Assembly (NCBI GenBank): GCA_023457255.1
Contig: JAEWMB010000036.1
Coordinates: 111,500 to 175,499, forward strand
Length of the DNA: 64,000 nt
Reading direction: 5' to 3'
Origin: Bacillota bacterium
Lineage (GTDB): Bacteria; Bacillota; Clostridia; Lachnospirales; Lachnospiraceae
A program made the translations under genes and the position numbers. The notes beneath the pieces are model-generated. The model had not been told where the DNA came from. It saw nothing but the letters and a program-made list of their open reading frames with translations, and ran no database searches. This document shows positions 1 to 10,512 of this stretch, piece after piece (positions within the stretch are counted from its first letter, which is position 1; every line of letters begins with the position of its first letter).

Positions 1-71
1 AACGTACTAAGACAGAAGTTATGAAGTGAATTTGAATGAAATGATTATGAATCAGAGAGAGGAAAATAGTT

Positions 72-661
72 ATGTTAAATTGTGAGATTAATTCAATGAA
101 CTATGTAAGTGCTTTAAGGATTAAGGAAAGAGTTAAACTTTATGAGAAACATGATATCTATAATATGGATTATGATGATTAACAGAGATGGGTAAATACA
201 CGTGGGGTAGTAACTGAAGGTGACATCAAGAAAATGCTTGAGATTGAGGCTTTGTCAGGAGAAGAATTCAATAATGCATTAAAGGAATTATCAGAGCATG
301 AAACTATGGTAATTGCAAAAGAAGTTGAAGAAAAAAATTGGTTCAAAGAATATCAGAAAATAATAGATGAGTATGATGAGGTAAGTCAAAAAGTTGAATA
401 TGGCTGCGATCAAATAGATTTTGGGAGTATCAATTGCACCATTTCTACTTCGAATTAATATATATGCTTCAAAAGTTCTATAGTGCAAAGGATTTGGTGG
501 AATTCTATAATAAATACCCAGTTTGTGCAAGAAGAGTGACAAACAAAACTATTGAATTGACTAGACATTTTACAGAAATATTACAACGTTTAGATCTTCA
601 TTTTGAGGATATAGCGAAAGAATTAGAATTGAATGATATTGGTGAGTTGTTGTATTCTTAA
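72..661 (+). pseudogene. lanM: Probable type 2 lanthipeptide synthetase (LanM) N-terminal remnant
   Basis: RBS GAGAGG then ATG at 72 (MLNCEINSMNYVSALRIKER). In-frame TAA at 180-182, after which the frame continues through ORF 234-458. Frameshift near 423-455. ORF 434-661 has FYNKYPVCARR...FTEILQRL, resembling the YPVLAR segment of the LanM dehydratase domain. Recognised by eye. Confidence 0.55.
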
Positions 662-1294
662 TCATAGGATTCTTAGTATGGGGATATTTTGGTACGATGG
701 AAGACTCTTTAGAGTTATATGGTGAAATGAGACCTGCAAATGAAAAAATAATTTATTCTCCAGTGACAGGATATGTTAGAAGTATCAACTATAAGGATGG
801 AGATATAGTAAGCGAAGGTGACGTGATTTTGACATATGTCGAGATTAATTCCAGTCAAAATGAATATGGATTGAAGGCTACTTGCAATGGATATTTATCG
901 TTAAACAGTAGTAAGTAGAGCTCTATTGAATCAGGGACAGGGCATTGGAAAAATAATAGAAGATTTTGAACACTGGAATATTGATTTTATGATTCCTGGG
1001 TATTATATTTATGATATTCATGAGGGTGACGATATGAATGGTGCAATTATTAGTCATAATTCAACTCAGTGTGAATTCAAAGATAAAATTGATTCAATTT
1101 CAATTGATTCTGAGTATAATGAAGTTATGGGAAGTAATTGTTACAAAGCAAGATCAAGCATTCATAAGGATAAAATAAAATTCAAGACAACAGATGAGAA
1201 TTTGAAAATTGGAGGTACAGTTAAAATATATCTTATACAAAAAGAAGAAAGAATATTAGAATGGATATGGAAACAGATATTTCACGAACCATGA
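646..1294 (+). pseudogene. HlyD-family bacteriocin secretion accessory protein, 5'-truncated and frameshifted
   Basis: The frame of ORF 697-918 is open upstream to 646 (VVVFLIIGFLVWGYFG, a TM anchor). Lipoyl-like half motif IYSPVTGYVRSINYKDGDIVSEGD. Frameshift at ~901-925 into ORF 926-1294, which ends LKIGGTVKIYLIQKEERILEWIWK, a typical HlyD C-terminus. Confidence 0.65.
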
Positions 1295-1335
1295 AGCAAG
1301 AGTTACGCATAAACTATATAGAAAGAGGGGGTTCG

Positions 1336-1707
1336 ATGAGAATATTACTATTGATATTTTTGGCAGTTGTTCTAGATAGTGTACGCAGAGTGAATTATGT
1401 GAAGAGAGGTGGGGTGAATCTTAGTCGATTTGAATTATGTGTAGGCTTAGTAGGATTCATAATTACATTTATAGTGAAAACAATTCTACAAATGAGAAAA
1501 GGTATTACAATTCGTGATGTATTATTAACAGTTCTTTGTTTTCTTGTTGTAGTTTTAGTAGTAGGAGTCTATAAAAGCTTAGTAATCGTAAAGTGTGCTG
1601 GAAATACACCAAGCAGTATAAATGCGCTCAACTTATCTACCTACCTGTTATTGATACTTGGCATAGTAGGGAGTATTATTACACTATTTGTATACTTTTT
1701 ATTATAG
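1336..1707 (+). CDS. Small multi-pass membrane protein (about 4 TM), unknown function
   Basis: RBS AGAGGGGG before ATG 1336; four hydrophobic stretches. Confidence 0.65.
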   Translation: MRILLLIFLAVVLDSVRRVNYVKRGGVNLSRFELCVGLVGFIITFIVKTILQMRKGITIRDVLLTVLCFLVVVLVVGVYKSLVIVKCAGNTPSSINALNLSTYLLLILGIVGSIITLFVYFLL

Positions 1708-2126
1708 GTGTAACATATGCGTGAAAGAATTATGATTTTTCTATCACGATAAACTACAAAAACAAAGTATTGAAAAAAGGCCTTTTATGGGTATATAAAT
1801 ATAATATTTTACGCCTATAACTTTGAATGATTTCAGAATAAGATATTTATATTTGATGAAATTTTGCTGAGAGTTCATTTACTATTATTTGAAGCAAATC
1901 TAGCTCTGTTTCTTGTTCAACAATCTTGTTTAGAGATATAGTAATAATCCTTATTTATTGCCTTTACAAAACAAAAAACTAATAAATAAAAGATGGTACA
2001 TAAGTAAATATAGTGAAACAGGAGGAAATGGAATTAATAGATGAAAAATGGCTACTTGATGAATTTAACTCAGAAAAAATAAAGGAATAAATCTAAAAGA
2101 ATTAACATATTCAAGCGTTGAAAAAG

Positions 2127-2184
2127 TATAGTGGAAATGTGGTGAAGGCCATGAATATAGTGGGAATGTAGCAAAGGACATGAA
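2127..2184. repeat. 29-bp tandem direct repeat, 2 copies, 24/29 identical
   Basis: TATAGTGGAAATGTGGTGAAGGCCATGAA / TATAGTGGGAATGTAGCAAAGGACATGAA. Confidence 0.85.
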
Positions 2185-2347
2185 ATCGACGATATTAAGC
2201 GATTTTTATTTTTTTGTTTCAAATGAATTAAAAAATACTTAATTTCCAATATTTCTTAGATTCGCATATTCTGACTTACCGTGCATAGAAAGATTCAAAT
2301 CACCAAACAATATTTAAGAAATGCATTTTTGAAAGAGGTGTACTTAA

Positions 2348-3286
2348 ATGAGTGATGTGAATTTTATTTTATATGATAGCGCGCAGCAGATTCAAACCGA
2401 GAATAGTGAATCAGAAACAGATACAGTTAATATGAATTCCTTAAAAGAGAGTTCAGTAGCTTCCTTACAAGCAGAAAGCCGGAATGCAGATACAGCAGAT
2501 CATGGAGCATCACATAATAACAATCAAAAAAGCCCAAAGGTAGATGAAAAACAGGCGGCGGGGAATATTAAGAAAGAAAAATTAGACAAAGAAAATACAA
2601 AGAAAGAAAATGAAAGATTAAAAGACCAAAAAATTCAGGACTTTGGACAAACAACTTTAGAGGATAACGGGAAAAATCATAAGATACATCTACTCTCCAT
2701 CATAGGAGAGATCGAGGGACACGAATGTTTATCGCAAAACACAAAAACTACCAAGTATGAGCACCTATTACCGCAGTTAGCAGCTATTGAAGATGATACG
2801 GAGACAGACGGATTGTTAATTTTAATTAATACAGTTGGAGGAGATGTATCCTGTGGCTTGGCGCTTGCAGAAATGCTTGCTTCTTTAAGTAAACCAACCG
2901 TTTCCCTTGTGATTGGAGATAGTCATTCAATTGGGGTCCCGCTTGCAGTTGCAACGAAGTATTCTTTTATTGTCCCAACCGGTACAATGATTGTGCATCC
3001 GGTTAGGATGTCAGGTATGGTGATTGGTGCACCGCAGACTTATGATTACTTTAAATTAATTCAAGATAGAATAGTAGGCTTTGTTTCCGGGCATTCCAGA
3101 ATCAGTAAAGAGCGTTTGGAACAACTAATGTTAAATACCGGTATGTTATCTAAAGATCTTGGAACAATTCTTGTCGGAGATGAAGCGGTAGCGGAAGGTA
3201 TTATAAATGAGGTTGGCGGTATTAACCAAGCAGTTGAAAAGCTTCATCAAATGATAGAAGAGAGAAAAAATAAAAAGAGTAAATAA
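2348..3286 (+). CDS. tepA: ClpP-family protease, TepA-like, with a ~100 aa low-complexity N-terminal extension
   Basis: IIGEIEGH, TKYEHLLPQL, NTVGGDV, SHSIGVPLAV and HPVRM motifs; upstream of ftsK/spoIIIE. Confidence 0.88.
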   Translation: MSDVNFILYDSAQQIQTENSESETDTVNMNSLKESSVASLQAESRNADTADHGASHNNNQKSPKVDEKQAAGNIKKEKLDKENTKKENERLKDQKIQDFGQTTLEDNGKNHKIHLLSIIGEIEGHECLSQNTKTTKYEHLLPQLAAIEDDTETDGLLILINTVGGDVSCGLALAEMLASLSKPTVSLVIGDSHSIGVPLAVATKYSFIVPTGTMIVHPVRMSGMVIGAPQTYDYFKLIQDRIVGFVSGHSRISKERLEQLMLNTGMLSKDLGTILVGDEAVAEGIINEVGGINQAVEKLHQMIEERKNKKSK

Positions 3287-3292
3287 TCTAAT

Positions 3293-3333
3293 GGCAATAG
3301 GAGAGTTAGGAAGACTCCTATTGTCAGTTTTTT
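3293..3333 (+). terminator. Rho-independent terminator after tepA
   Basis: GGCAATAGGAG/CTCCTATTGTC stem followed by a T run. Confidence 0.75.
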
Positions 3334-3469
3334 ATAATTACTTATCTTTTATGTCAGATTATAGAAAAGTTATGCTACAGGTTTTTCTTAAAATACATAA
3401 TCTTTCTTGTTTTGCACCATTCGATATGTTAAAATATCATAGATTAAGTAATCGGATTGGAGAAGAACG

Positions 3470-4294
3470 ATGGATTTTATTGAATTGTTAAAAGTCATAT
3501 TTCTTGGCATTGTGGAAGGAATCACGGAATGGCTGCCAATTAGCAGCACAGGCCATTTATTGTTAGTGGATGAATTTCTGGAAGTAGATCTCAGTGAAAA
3601 ATTTATGTCGATGTTTAATGTGGTAATTCAGTTAGGAGCTATCCTTGCGGTTGTGGTGCTGTATTTTAAGAAACTATGGCCATTTTCAAAGGAAGAAAAA
3701 AATTATATAAAAAAAGATACATTCTCCCTATGGTTTAAAATAATTGTGGCATGTATTCCGGGAATTGTGATTGGGATACCTTTTGAAGAGAAGGTGGAAG
3801 AGTTATTCTTTAATCCTCAGACAATTGCTGCAACATTAATTATTTACGGTATCTTATTCATTGTCATCGAAAATCGAAATGCCGGTAAAAAACCTAAGAT
3901 TGCGAAGTTATCCGATATTACATACCAGATGGCGTTATTTATTGGAATATTCCAATTGTTAGCAATGATTCCTGGTACTTCAAGATCCGGTGCTACGATT
4001 ATTGGAGCAATGCTTTTTGGGGCATCCCGTTATGTAGCTGCGGAATTTACTTTTTTCCTGGCAATTCCGGTTATGTTTGGAGCAAGTTTTATTAAATTAT
4101 TGAAGTTTGGATTTACGTTTACCGGTACCGAAATTATTGCATTAATTACCGGTATGCTGACTGCGTTCCTTGTATCTGTCATTGCAATTAAGTTCTTAAT
4201 GGGGTATATCAAGAAGAATAATTTCAAGGTATTTGGCTGGTACCGAATTGTACTAGGTGCTATTGTAGCGGGGTATTTCTTACTTGCAAGATAA
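3470..4294 (+). CDS. uppP: Undecaprenyl-diphosphate phosphatase
   Basis: GIVEGITEWLPISSTGH and PGTSRSGATI motifs. Confidence 0.97.
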   Translation: MDFIELLKVIFLGIVEGITEWLPISSTGHLLLVDEFLEVDLSEKFMSMFNVVIQLGAILAVVVLYFKKLWPFSKEEKNYIKKDTFSLWFKIIVACIPGIVIGIPFEEKVEELFFNPQTIAATLIIYGILFIVIENRNAGKKPKIAKLSDITYQMALFIGIFQLLAMIPGTSRSGATIIGAMLFGASRYVAAEFTFFLAIPVMFGASFIKLLKFGFTFTGTEIIALITGMLTAFLVSVIAIKFLMGYIKKNNFKVFGWYRIVLGAIVAGYFLLAR

Positions 4295-4345
4295 AGTAAG
4301 AAAAGATATAATATTTTTAGGAGTGTATTGAACAATCCTAGGAAA

Positions 4346-4385
4346 GCAATAGGGCGCTCGTATGTCGTGCGGTCTATTGTTTTTT
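4346..4385 (+). terminator. Rho-independent terminator after uppP
   Basis: GCAATAGGGCGC/GCGGTCTATTGT imperfect stem plus T run. Confidence 0.65.
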
Positions 4386-4465
4386 GTGGTAATAAAATCC
4401 AATAAATCATTGTCTTAATAATAAAAATTATAGTAGCAGGGAGATTCGAAAAAAGGAGGAGTAAC

Positions 4466-7297
4466 ATGGCTTCAAAACAAACAGGGGCTCGTTCTAAACC
4501 GTCACAAAGACAAGCTGCGTCAAGAGCAAAGACAAGTGATTCGAAACGAACGAATCAGTCAAAGGGGAAACAAACCGGGAGCCGATCCTCAAAAGCATTT
4601 AGTAAGAAGCAGACGAAAGAATATCTTGAAGAAAATGAATCGATACGTGATGAAGTTGTTCTTATCATTACTGCGCTAGCATCCTTTTTGCTTCTGTTAA
4701 GTAATTTTGATTTGTGTGGCCCAATTGGTAAAAAAATCAGGTACTTTTTCTTTGGAATGCTAGGCCATTTTACATATGTGTTCCCATTTGCACTTTTTTT
4801 CTTTATCGCATTTGCAATCTCAAATCGAGGAAGTGTGATTGCCAGAAGAAAAATAGTCGGAAGTATTGTATTAATTTTTACACTAACCGCTTTGATTCAA
4901 ATGCTGGAGGGCTATAAAGAAGAAATTAAGTATTTTGAATATTTTACTCAGAGTGCAAAAAACTATAATGGCGGCGGTCTCATAGGGGGGACGTTGGTCT
5001 CTGTTTTATGCCCGCTGTTTGGCAGCATAGCAACTGTCATTATTCTAATAGTGATGCTCCTATTATGTTTTATTTTCATTACCGGCAAAGCCTTGCTGAC
5101 GCTAATGAGAGAAAAAGGAGAACAAAAATTAAGTGATCACCGCCAGATGAGAGAAAATTATGCAAAAGAATTTAAACAGCTCGATATGGAAGACGAAACC
5201 TATGGAGATGAACGTAGAAAACCTCGAATTGTTACTTTACAAAAGCAGGCGAGTGAGAAAGTGAAATCTTTATTTGGGGAGGACGAGGACGATATTAGCT
5301 GCGATGAGATGGAAGATGGGCCGGTTAGCTTTTTAGAGGAGCTGAAGCGAAGAGGAAAAGATAAAAAGCATAAGAAGAAGGAAGCGGCAGAGGAACCGAT
5401 TTCGATGTTTGAGATGACGGAAATAAAATCGGAACAAACAGAGGGAAATATCGCGGATATAAGTTTTTCTCCATCGGAGGGAATGCTGAAGGAAGTAAAT
5501 TCTATCTATGAGGAGGAATTAAATCGGAAGTTTGGTCAGGGAGAAGGTTTTAATCAAGCGGATAATAATACGTTTTATGAAGCGAAAATCATTAAGCCGG
5601 TAAACAAGCAAGAAGAGTTTCAAAAGAGTGAGGCTGTCAAGGAAATGAAAGCCTGGGATGATCAGGAGAGTTCAATCCTTCAAGATAACAAGTTAGAAGC
5701 ATCGGCTCCTTCTTCTGTGCCGGCGGGCGATTCTATTGAAAATGAGGTTAAACCTAAGGACGTAAAAGCAGGGAATGGTTTGGAAGAAGTATTATCGGTA
5801 GACCAAACGGCAGAGCTGCAAAAAAAGTATGAATTTCCTTCCATTGATTTGCTGGGAAAACCTAAGGCAAATCAAAGAGGAATGACAGAGAAAGATTTAA
5901 AAGAGACTGCAATGAAGTTACAAAAAACTTTGGAAAGCTTTGGCGTTCGTGTCACAATAACCAATATTAGCTGCGGACCTGCAGTAACAAGATACGAATT
6001 ACAGCCGGAGCAGGGGGTTAAGGTTAGTAAAATCACCGGTTTAGCCGATGATATCAAGCTTAATCTGGCAGCAGCGGATGTACGTATTGAGGCACCGATT
6101 CCAGGAAAGGCAGCAGTAGGGATTGAAGTACCAAACAAGGAAAACTCTGCCGTTATGTTAAGAGAACTCCTTGAAACAAGAGAATTTAACAATCATCCGT
6201 CGGACATTGCGTTTGCTGTTGGCAAAGATATCGGTGGACAGGCAGTCGTCACAGATATTGCTAAGATGCCTCACCTTTTGATTGCAGGTGCTACCGGTTC
6301 CGGTAAATCGGTTTGTATTAATACACTGATTATGAGTATCTTATATAAGGCGAATCCGGCAGATGTGAGACTTATTATGGTCGATCCTAAAGTGGTAGAG
6401 CTTAGTGTCTATAATGGAATTCCACATCTTTTAATTCCTGTTGTAACAGATCCCAAGAAAGCATCGGCTGCACTAAACTGGGCAGTGATGGAAATGACAG
6501 ACCGATATAAGAAATTTGCAGAATATGGTGTGAGGGATTTAAAGGGGTATAATGAAAAAGTTGCAGAGATTGCACATCTTAACGACCCGGCATTTACAAA
6601 ACTTCCTCAGATTGTTATTATCGTGGACGAGCTTGCGGACCTTATGATGGTAGCTCCTGGTGAAGTGGAGGATGCCATCTGCCGCTTGGCACAGATGGCA
6701 AGAGCAGCGGGGCTTCATCTTATCATAGCGACACAGCGTCCATCGGTAAATGTTATTACCGGTTTGATCAAAGCCAATGTGCCATCAAGAATTGCATTCT
6801 CCGTATCCTCTGCGATTGACTCCAGAACTATTTTAGATGGTTCCGGAGCAGAGAAGCTTCTTGGCAAGGGTGATATGCTATTCTTCCCTTCTGGTTATCC
6901 AAAACCGGTACGTATTCAAGGTGCCTTTGTATCCGACAAAGAAGTAAGTGCGGTAGTTGATTTCCTAAAGGGTCAGAATCATCAAATTACTTATAATGAA
7001 GAAGTCAATGATAAAATCAAAAATGTTCAAATTTCATCGGCTGCAGGAGGAGCAAGCAGTGGAAATGACAGAGACGAATACTTTGTGGAAGCCGGTAAGT
7101 TTATCATTGAAAAAGACAAAGCCTCCATTGGTATGCTGCAGCGTGTATATAAAATTGGATTCAACCGTGCAGCAAGAATTATGGAACAGCTATCCGATGC
7201 CGGTGTTGTCGGTCCGGAAGAAGGTACAAAGCCAAGAAAGATCTTGATGTCGCTGGAAGAATTCGAGCAATATGTTGACGAATATGTTTCAATGTAA
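4466..7297 (+). CDS. ftsK: DNA translocase FtsK/SpoIIIE
   Basis: N-terminal TM helices, [14 protein letters not shown]alker [16 protein letters not shown]-terminal gamma domain ([12 protein letters not shown]). Confidence 0.97.
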   Translation: MASKQTGARSKPSQRQAASRAKTSDSKRTNQSKGKQTGSRSSKAFSKKQTKEYLEENESIRDEVVLIITALASFLLLLSNFDLCGPIGKKIRYFFFGMLGHFTYVFPFALFFFIAFAISNRGSVIARRKIVGSIVLIFTLTALIQMLEGYKEEIKYFEYFTQSAKNYNGGGLIGGTLVSVLCPLFGSIATVIILIVMLLLCFIFITGKALLTLMREKGEQKLSDHRQMRENYAKEFKQLDMEDETYGDERRKPRIVTLQKQASEKVKSLFGEDEDDISCDEMEDGPVSFLEELKRRGKDKKHKKKEAAEEPISMFEMTEIKSEQTEGNIADISFSPSEGMLKEVNSIYEEELNRKFGQGEGFNQADNNTFYEAKIIKPVNKQEEFQKSEAVKEMKAWDDQESSILQDNKLEASAPSSVPAGDSIENEVKPKDVKAGNGLEEVLSVDQTAELQKKYEFPSIDLLGKPKANQRGMTEKDLKETAMKLQKTLESFGVRVTITNISCGPAVTRYELQPEQGVKVSKITGLADDIKLNLAAADVRIEAPIPGKAAVGIEVPNKENSAVMLRELLETREFNNHPSDIAFAVGKDIGGQAVVTDIAKMPHLLIAGATGSGKSVCINTLIMSILYKANPADVRLIMVDPKVVELSVYNGIPHLLIPVVTDPKKASAALNWAVMEMTDRYKKFAEYGVRDLKGYNEKVAEIAHLNDPAFTKLPQIVIIVDELADLMMVAPGEVEDAICRLAQMARAAGLHLIIATQRPSVNVITGLIKANVPSRIAFSVSSAIDSRTILDGSGAEKLLGKGDMLFFPSGYPKPVRIQGAFVSDKEVSAVVDFLKGQNHQITYNEEVNDKIKNVQISSAAGGASSGNDRDEYFVEAGKFIIEKDKASIGMLQRVYKIGFNRAARIMEQLSDAGVVGPEEGTKPRKILMSLEEFEQYVDEYVSM

Positions 7298-7402
7298 GTT
7301 GTTAATGATTCATTGTTGTTGATATAGTTTAAGCATGAAGTATTGTAATGGTAATTTCCTGATTTTTAATAGTAAGATAATAGGATAATAAGGGAGGTTC
7401 CT

Positions 7403-8302
7403 ATGAACGCATGGCTCATTGCCAATCATTTTCTTATGAGTAATAAATTTAGTGAACTGACTGATTGGTTATTTCAGGCGGCAAAGGCTTCCAATATAGA
7501 GATGGAGATTAAGACAAATGCAGAATGCCTTGCCTTTCTTGGAAGGGGAGGAGAGGAGGCATTTCGAAAGTTCCACAAAACGCTCCCTGAATTTGTTCTT
7601 TTTTGGGATAAGGATGTTAGGCTGGCGAGCTATCTTGAAAGTATTGGAATACCGGTCTACAATTCCTCCCGGTCAATCGCACTTTGTGATGATAAGTCGA
7701 TGACGCACCTTACATTAGAGCGGTATAAAATACCCATGCCAAAAACAATCTTAGCCCCGATGACTTATGAAAATATCGGGTATACCGATTATGATTTTCT
7801 AATGCAGGTGGGAGAGGAACTTTGTTATCCGTTGGTAGTAAAGGAGTGTTTCGGTTCCTTCGGAGCTCAGGTTTTTCTTGCAAAGGACGAATTCGATTTA
7901 CTTGAAAAAGTAAAACGAATAGGAGTAAAACCTATGTTGTTTCAGGAATTTATCAAAAGCAGTGAGGGCAGGGATCTTCGGTTACAAGTAGTTGGAAATC
8001 AAGTGGTAGCCGCAATGTATCGTTATTCGGATGTTGATTTTCGCGCCAACATATCAAATGGCGGTAAGATGAAAGCTTATCAGCCCACGGATGAGCAAAT
8101 CGCTCTTGCGCTTGAATGCAGCAAAAGGCTTGGCTTAAGTTTTGCAGGTGTTGATTTATTATTTGGTGAAAATGACGAACCAATTGTATGTGAAGTCAAC
8201 TCCAATGCTCATTTTAAAAATATCTTTGACTGTACAGGAGTGGACACTGCCAAGCAGATCATTGACTATATACTTATTCAGAAGGGGAACCAAAGATGTT
8301 AA
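7403..8302 (+). CDS. RimK-family ATP-grasp ligase
   Basis: CDDK, PLVVKECFGSFGAQV, GRDLR, FRANISNGG, GVDLL and EVN motifs. Confidence 0.9.
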   Translation: MNAWLIANHFLMSNKFSELTDWLFQAAKASNIEMEIKTNAECLAFLGRGGEEAFRKFHKTLPEFVLFWDKDVRLASYLESIGIPVYNSSRSIALCDDKSMTHLTLERYKIPMPKTILAPMTYENIGYTDYDFLMQVGEELCYPLVVKECFGSFGAQVFLAKDEFDLLEKVKRIGVKPMLFQEFIKSSEGRDLRLQVVGNQVVAAMYRYSDVDFRANISNGGKMKAYQPTDEQIALALECSKRLGLSFAGVDLLFGENDEPIVCEVNSNAHFKNIFDCTGVDTAKQIIDYILIQKGNQRC

Positions 8303-9159
8303 TTTGGATGGTCTATCGGGAAGCGGATGCTAAGAAAAATGAGTGGTATATCAGGGAGCATCAAGAGATTGGCAAGTCGATGGGACTTGAAATCAAATTA
8401 AAACTTGTGGAGGATTTAGAAATCGGCGTAAAAGAAGGAGCTTTCATTCTATCCGAGCATAAAAAAAGTGTAAAACCGCCGAAGGCAGCAATTATCCGAA
8501 CAATCTGGCCGCTGCTTAGTGAACACTTAGAGGCAATGGGAATAAGAGTCTTTAACTCAGCTTTAATTTCTGCAATGTGCAATGATAAAGCAAGAACATA
8601 CCGTGAAATATTGAAACTAAATATACCAATTATCCCAACGGAGTTTGTAAAGAAAGAAAACTTAGAAAGAAAGTTAACCATGGAAACAAAGCCCTGCATT
8701 GTAAAATCGGTGGATGGCCACGGCGGGAGTGAAGTATTTTTGATATCAGGCGAAGATGAGGAGGAGCAATTGGCAAAGATACGATGCCTTAAGGCGAATG
8801 ATTTTGTTATCCAACCGTATATAGAAGGAAGGAAACAAGATTTACGTGTCTATGTTTTGGGAAACAAGATTCTGTCCTGCATCCTTCGTACAGCCAAGCA
8901 AGGCTTTAAATCAAATTTTTCGCTGGGAGGAACGGTTTGCGAGTATCAGCTAAAATCGGGAGAACTAGAGCTTGTACAAAAGATAATCGAGGCGTATTCC
9001 TTTGATTTGGCCGGTATTGACTTTTTGGTGAAGGAGGATGGCAAGTTAATCTTTAACGAGATAGAGGATGTAGTTGGGGCTCGTATGTTATACCAATGCA
9101 CGAAGGTAGATCTGGTGAAAGAATATCTTTGCTACATATGCCGGGAGATGAAGTTGTAG
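8296..9159 (+). CDS. RimK-family ATP-grasp ligase, second and more divergent paralog
   Basis: CNDK, KSVDGHGGSEV, QDLRVY, FKSNFSLGG and GIDFL motifs; EIE replaces EVN; overlaps the upstream gene by 7 bp. Confidence 0.88.
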   Translation: MLIWMVYREADAKKNEWYIREHQEIGKSMGLEIKLKLVEDLEIGVKEGAFILSEHKKSVKPPKAAIIRTIWPLLSEHLEAMGIRVFNSALISAMCNDKARTYREILKLNIPIIPTEFVKKENLERKLTMETKPCIVKSVDGHGGSEVFLISGEDEEEQLAKIRCLKANDFVIQPYIEGRKQDLRVYVLGNKILSCILRTAKQGFKSNFSLGGTVCEYQLKSGELELVQKIIEAYSFDLAGIDFLVKEDGKLIFNEIEDVVGARMLYQCTKVDLVKEYLCYICREMKL

Positions 9160-9751
9160 CAGTGTTTATATTTCTACAAATATATGCAGAAAATAGGAGT
9201 TTTTTCTAAAAAACTACTTTGAAAAATAGTCGAATTATGATAAAATATTATCGATGTTTCAATAGAAGCAATTCAGATACCATATAGCGGCGATGGAGAA
9301 GTATTCAAATGACCTATATGGTATTTATTTTTTGTGATAAAGATGCGTTAATATAAGGTATGCTTGGAATATTGATCCATAAGAAAACGTTTTGAAGTTC
9401 TTTCCTCTTTCGAGAGGGAAGAGCAGAATATTGATAAGCGAGAGAGCTTTTTGAAGAGGCTGGAAGAAATGTATAAATCTTTGAAATGGAAGCATTACCA
9501 ACAATTGTGCAATGCAAAAAGTTTATAGTATGTTATAATAGATTATGTTCCAATAACGATGGCGGAAATTGCACGCACACCGGCAAGCTTCGCCGAATAC
9601 GAAAGACAAGAAGAGGAAGACATCGGAATCAACATATTATTACTGGCATGATAATAGTGTTGGTGCTGTAAATTCTAATTTACGACAGAAATGAAGGTAA
9701 AAAAGTTAATAGCATGCGAAACTTTAAACTGCAAAGGAAAAAGGAACTGTG

Positions 9752-10321
9752 CTAGGCTGGTCTTTGTAATACCAAGATGCCTAACACAGTTTTTTGGCGT
9801 TTAGGAATTAGGGGTACTTTCCTCAAATATAATTTTAGTTTTGATACCATTGTTCCATTTTTTATATACTGTAATGTTTCTTCATAAATCTTAATTGTTT
9901 CCTCTACACGTTCTTTAGTCCAAACATACCAACCTTCTGTTGGATTATAGCCTTTTTCACCAATAATGTTTTGCAGCGCTTCTTTTTCGTTATCCAGCCA
10001 GATTTTATATTCTTCATAAGTCCACCATTTGACATCCCGGGTAGGGAACATAGTTTCATATTCCTTCTCTGTCAGCGGTGTCCACGTTGCTCCTTCATCA
10101 AAACTGTAAAGGGTTTTTCTATCGGTTTGATTTACATAGGAAATTATGGTTTCTGATGAGGTTGCTAAATCAATAGTTTCATTTTGCTCAATGCCGGCAA
10201 TTGGCAGGGGAGCGGAGGCTAAATCAATGTTATCATAGGGCTTAGTATTGGGAATAACGGTTAAGCCTTGGATTTTAAATTCATTCACATAAGATGAAAT
10301 CACTGTTTTTGGAATAAACAT
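9752..10321 (-). pseudogene. Hypothetical protein fragment, possibly the C-terminal domain of a clostridial M56/BlaR1-like protein
   Basis: YSFDEGATWTPL...WWTYEEYKIWLDNEK...WTKERVEETI resembles, from recollection, C-termini of Lachnospiraceae M56-family proteins. No RBS; an out-of-frame hydrophobic fragment lies upstream. Confidence 0.4.
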
Positions 10322-10512
10322 TTGCCTTTAAACTCTTTGGCAGCTATATTAATCAAAGTTGAAAGGATAGTAAGGGGGATAGCCGCTAAAAGCAGGAATA
10401 TTAGTCCCCATTATAAGTCGGATACGAATAAATAATAATGAAATCTCTTTTTTTCTGAGAATTTTTTGTTATAATGAAAGCAAAGATAGAAAGAGGGTAG
10501 GAGGAGCTAGAC

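Noticed and set aside
9486..9671. Cys-containing 61-aa ORF as a RiPP precursor for the ATP-grasp pair
   Set aside because: No RBS, no repeated Thr/Ser/Lys-Asp/Glu graspetide core motifs, and it lies in decayed sequence
10449..10463. CodY-box-like sequences (also ~43388 and ~44876)
   Set aside because: 3-4 mismatches to AATTTTCWGAAAATT are expected by chance in AT-rich DNA
10420..10512. THF or ZTP riboswitch upstream of fhs
   Set aside because: TATAAT at ~10470 lies about 40 nt from the start, leaving no room, and no consensus motif is visible
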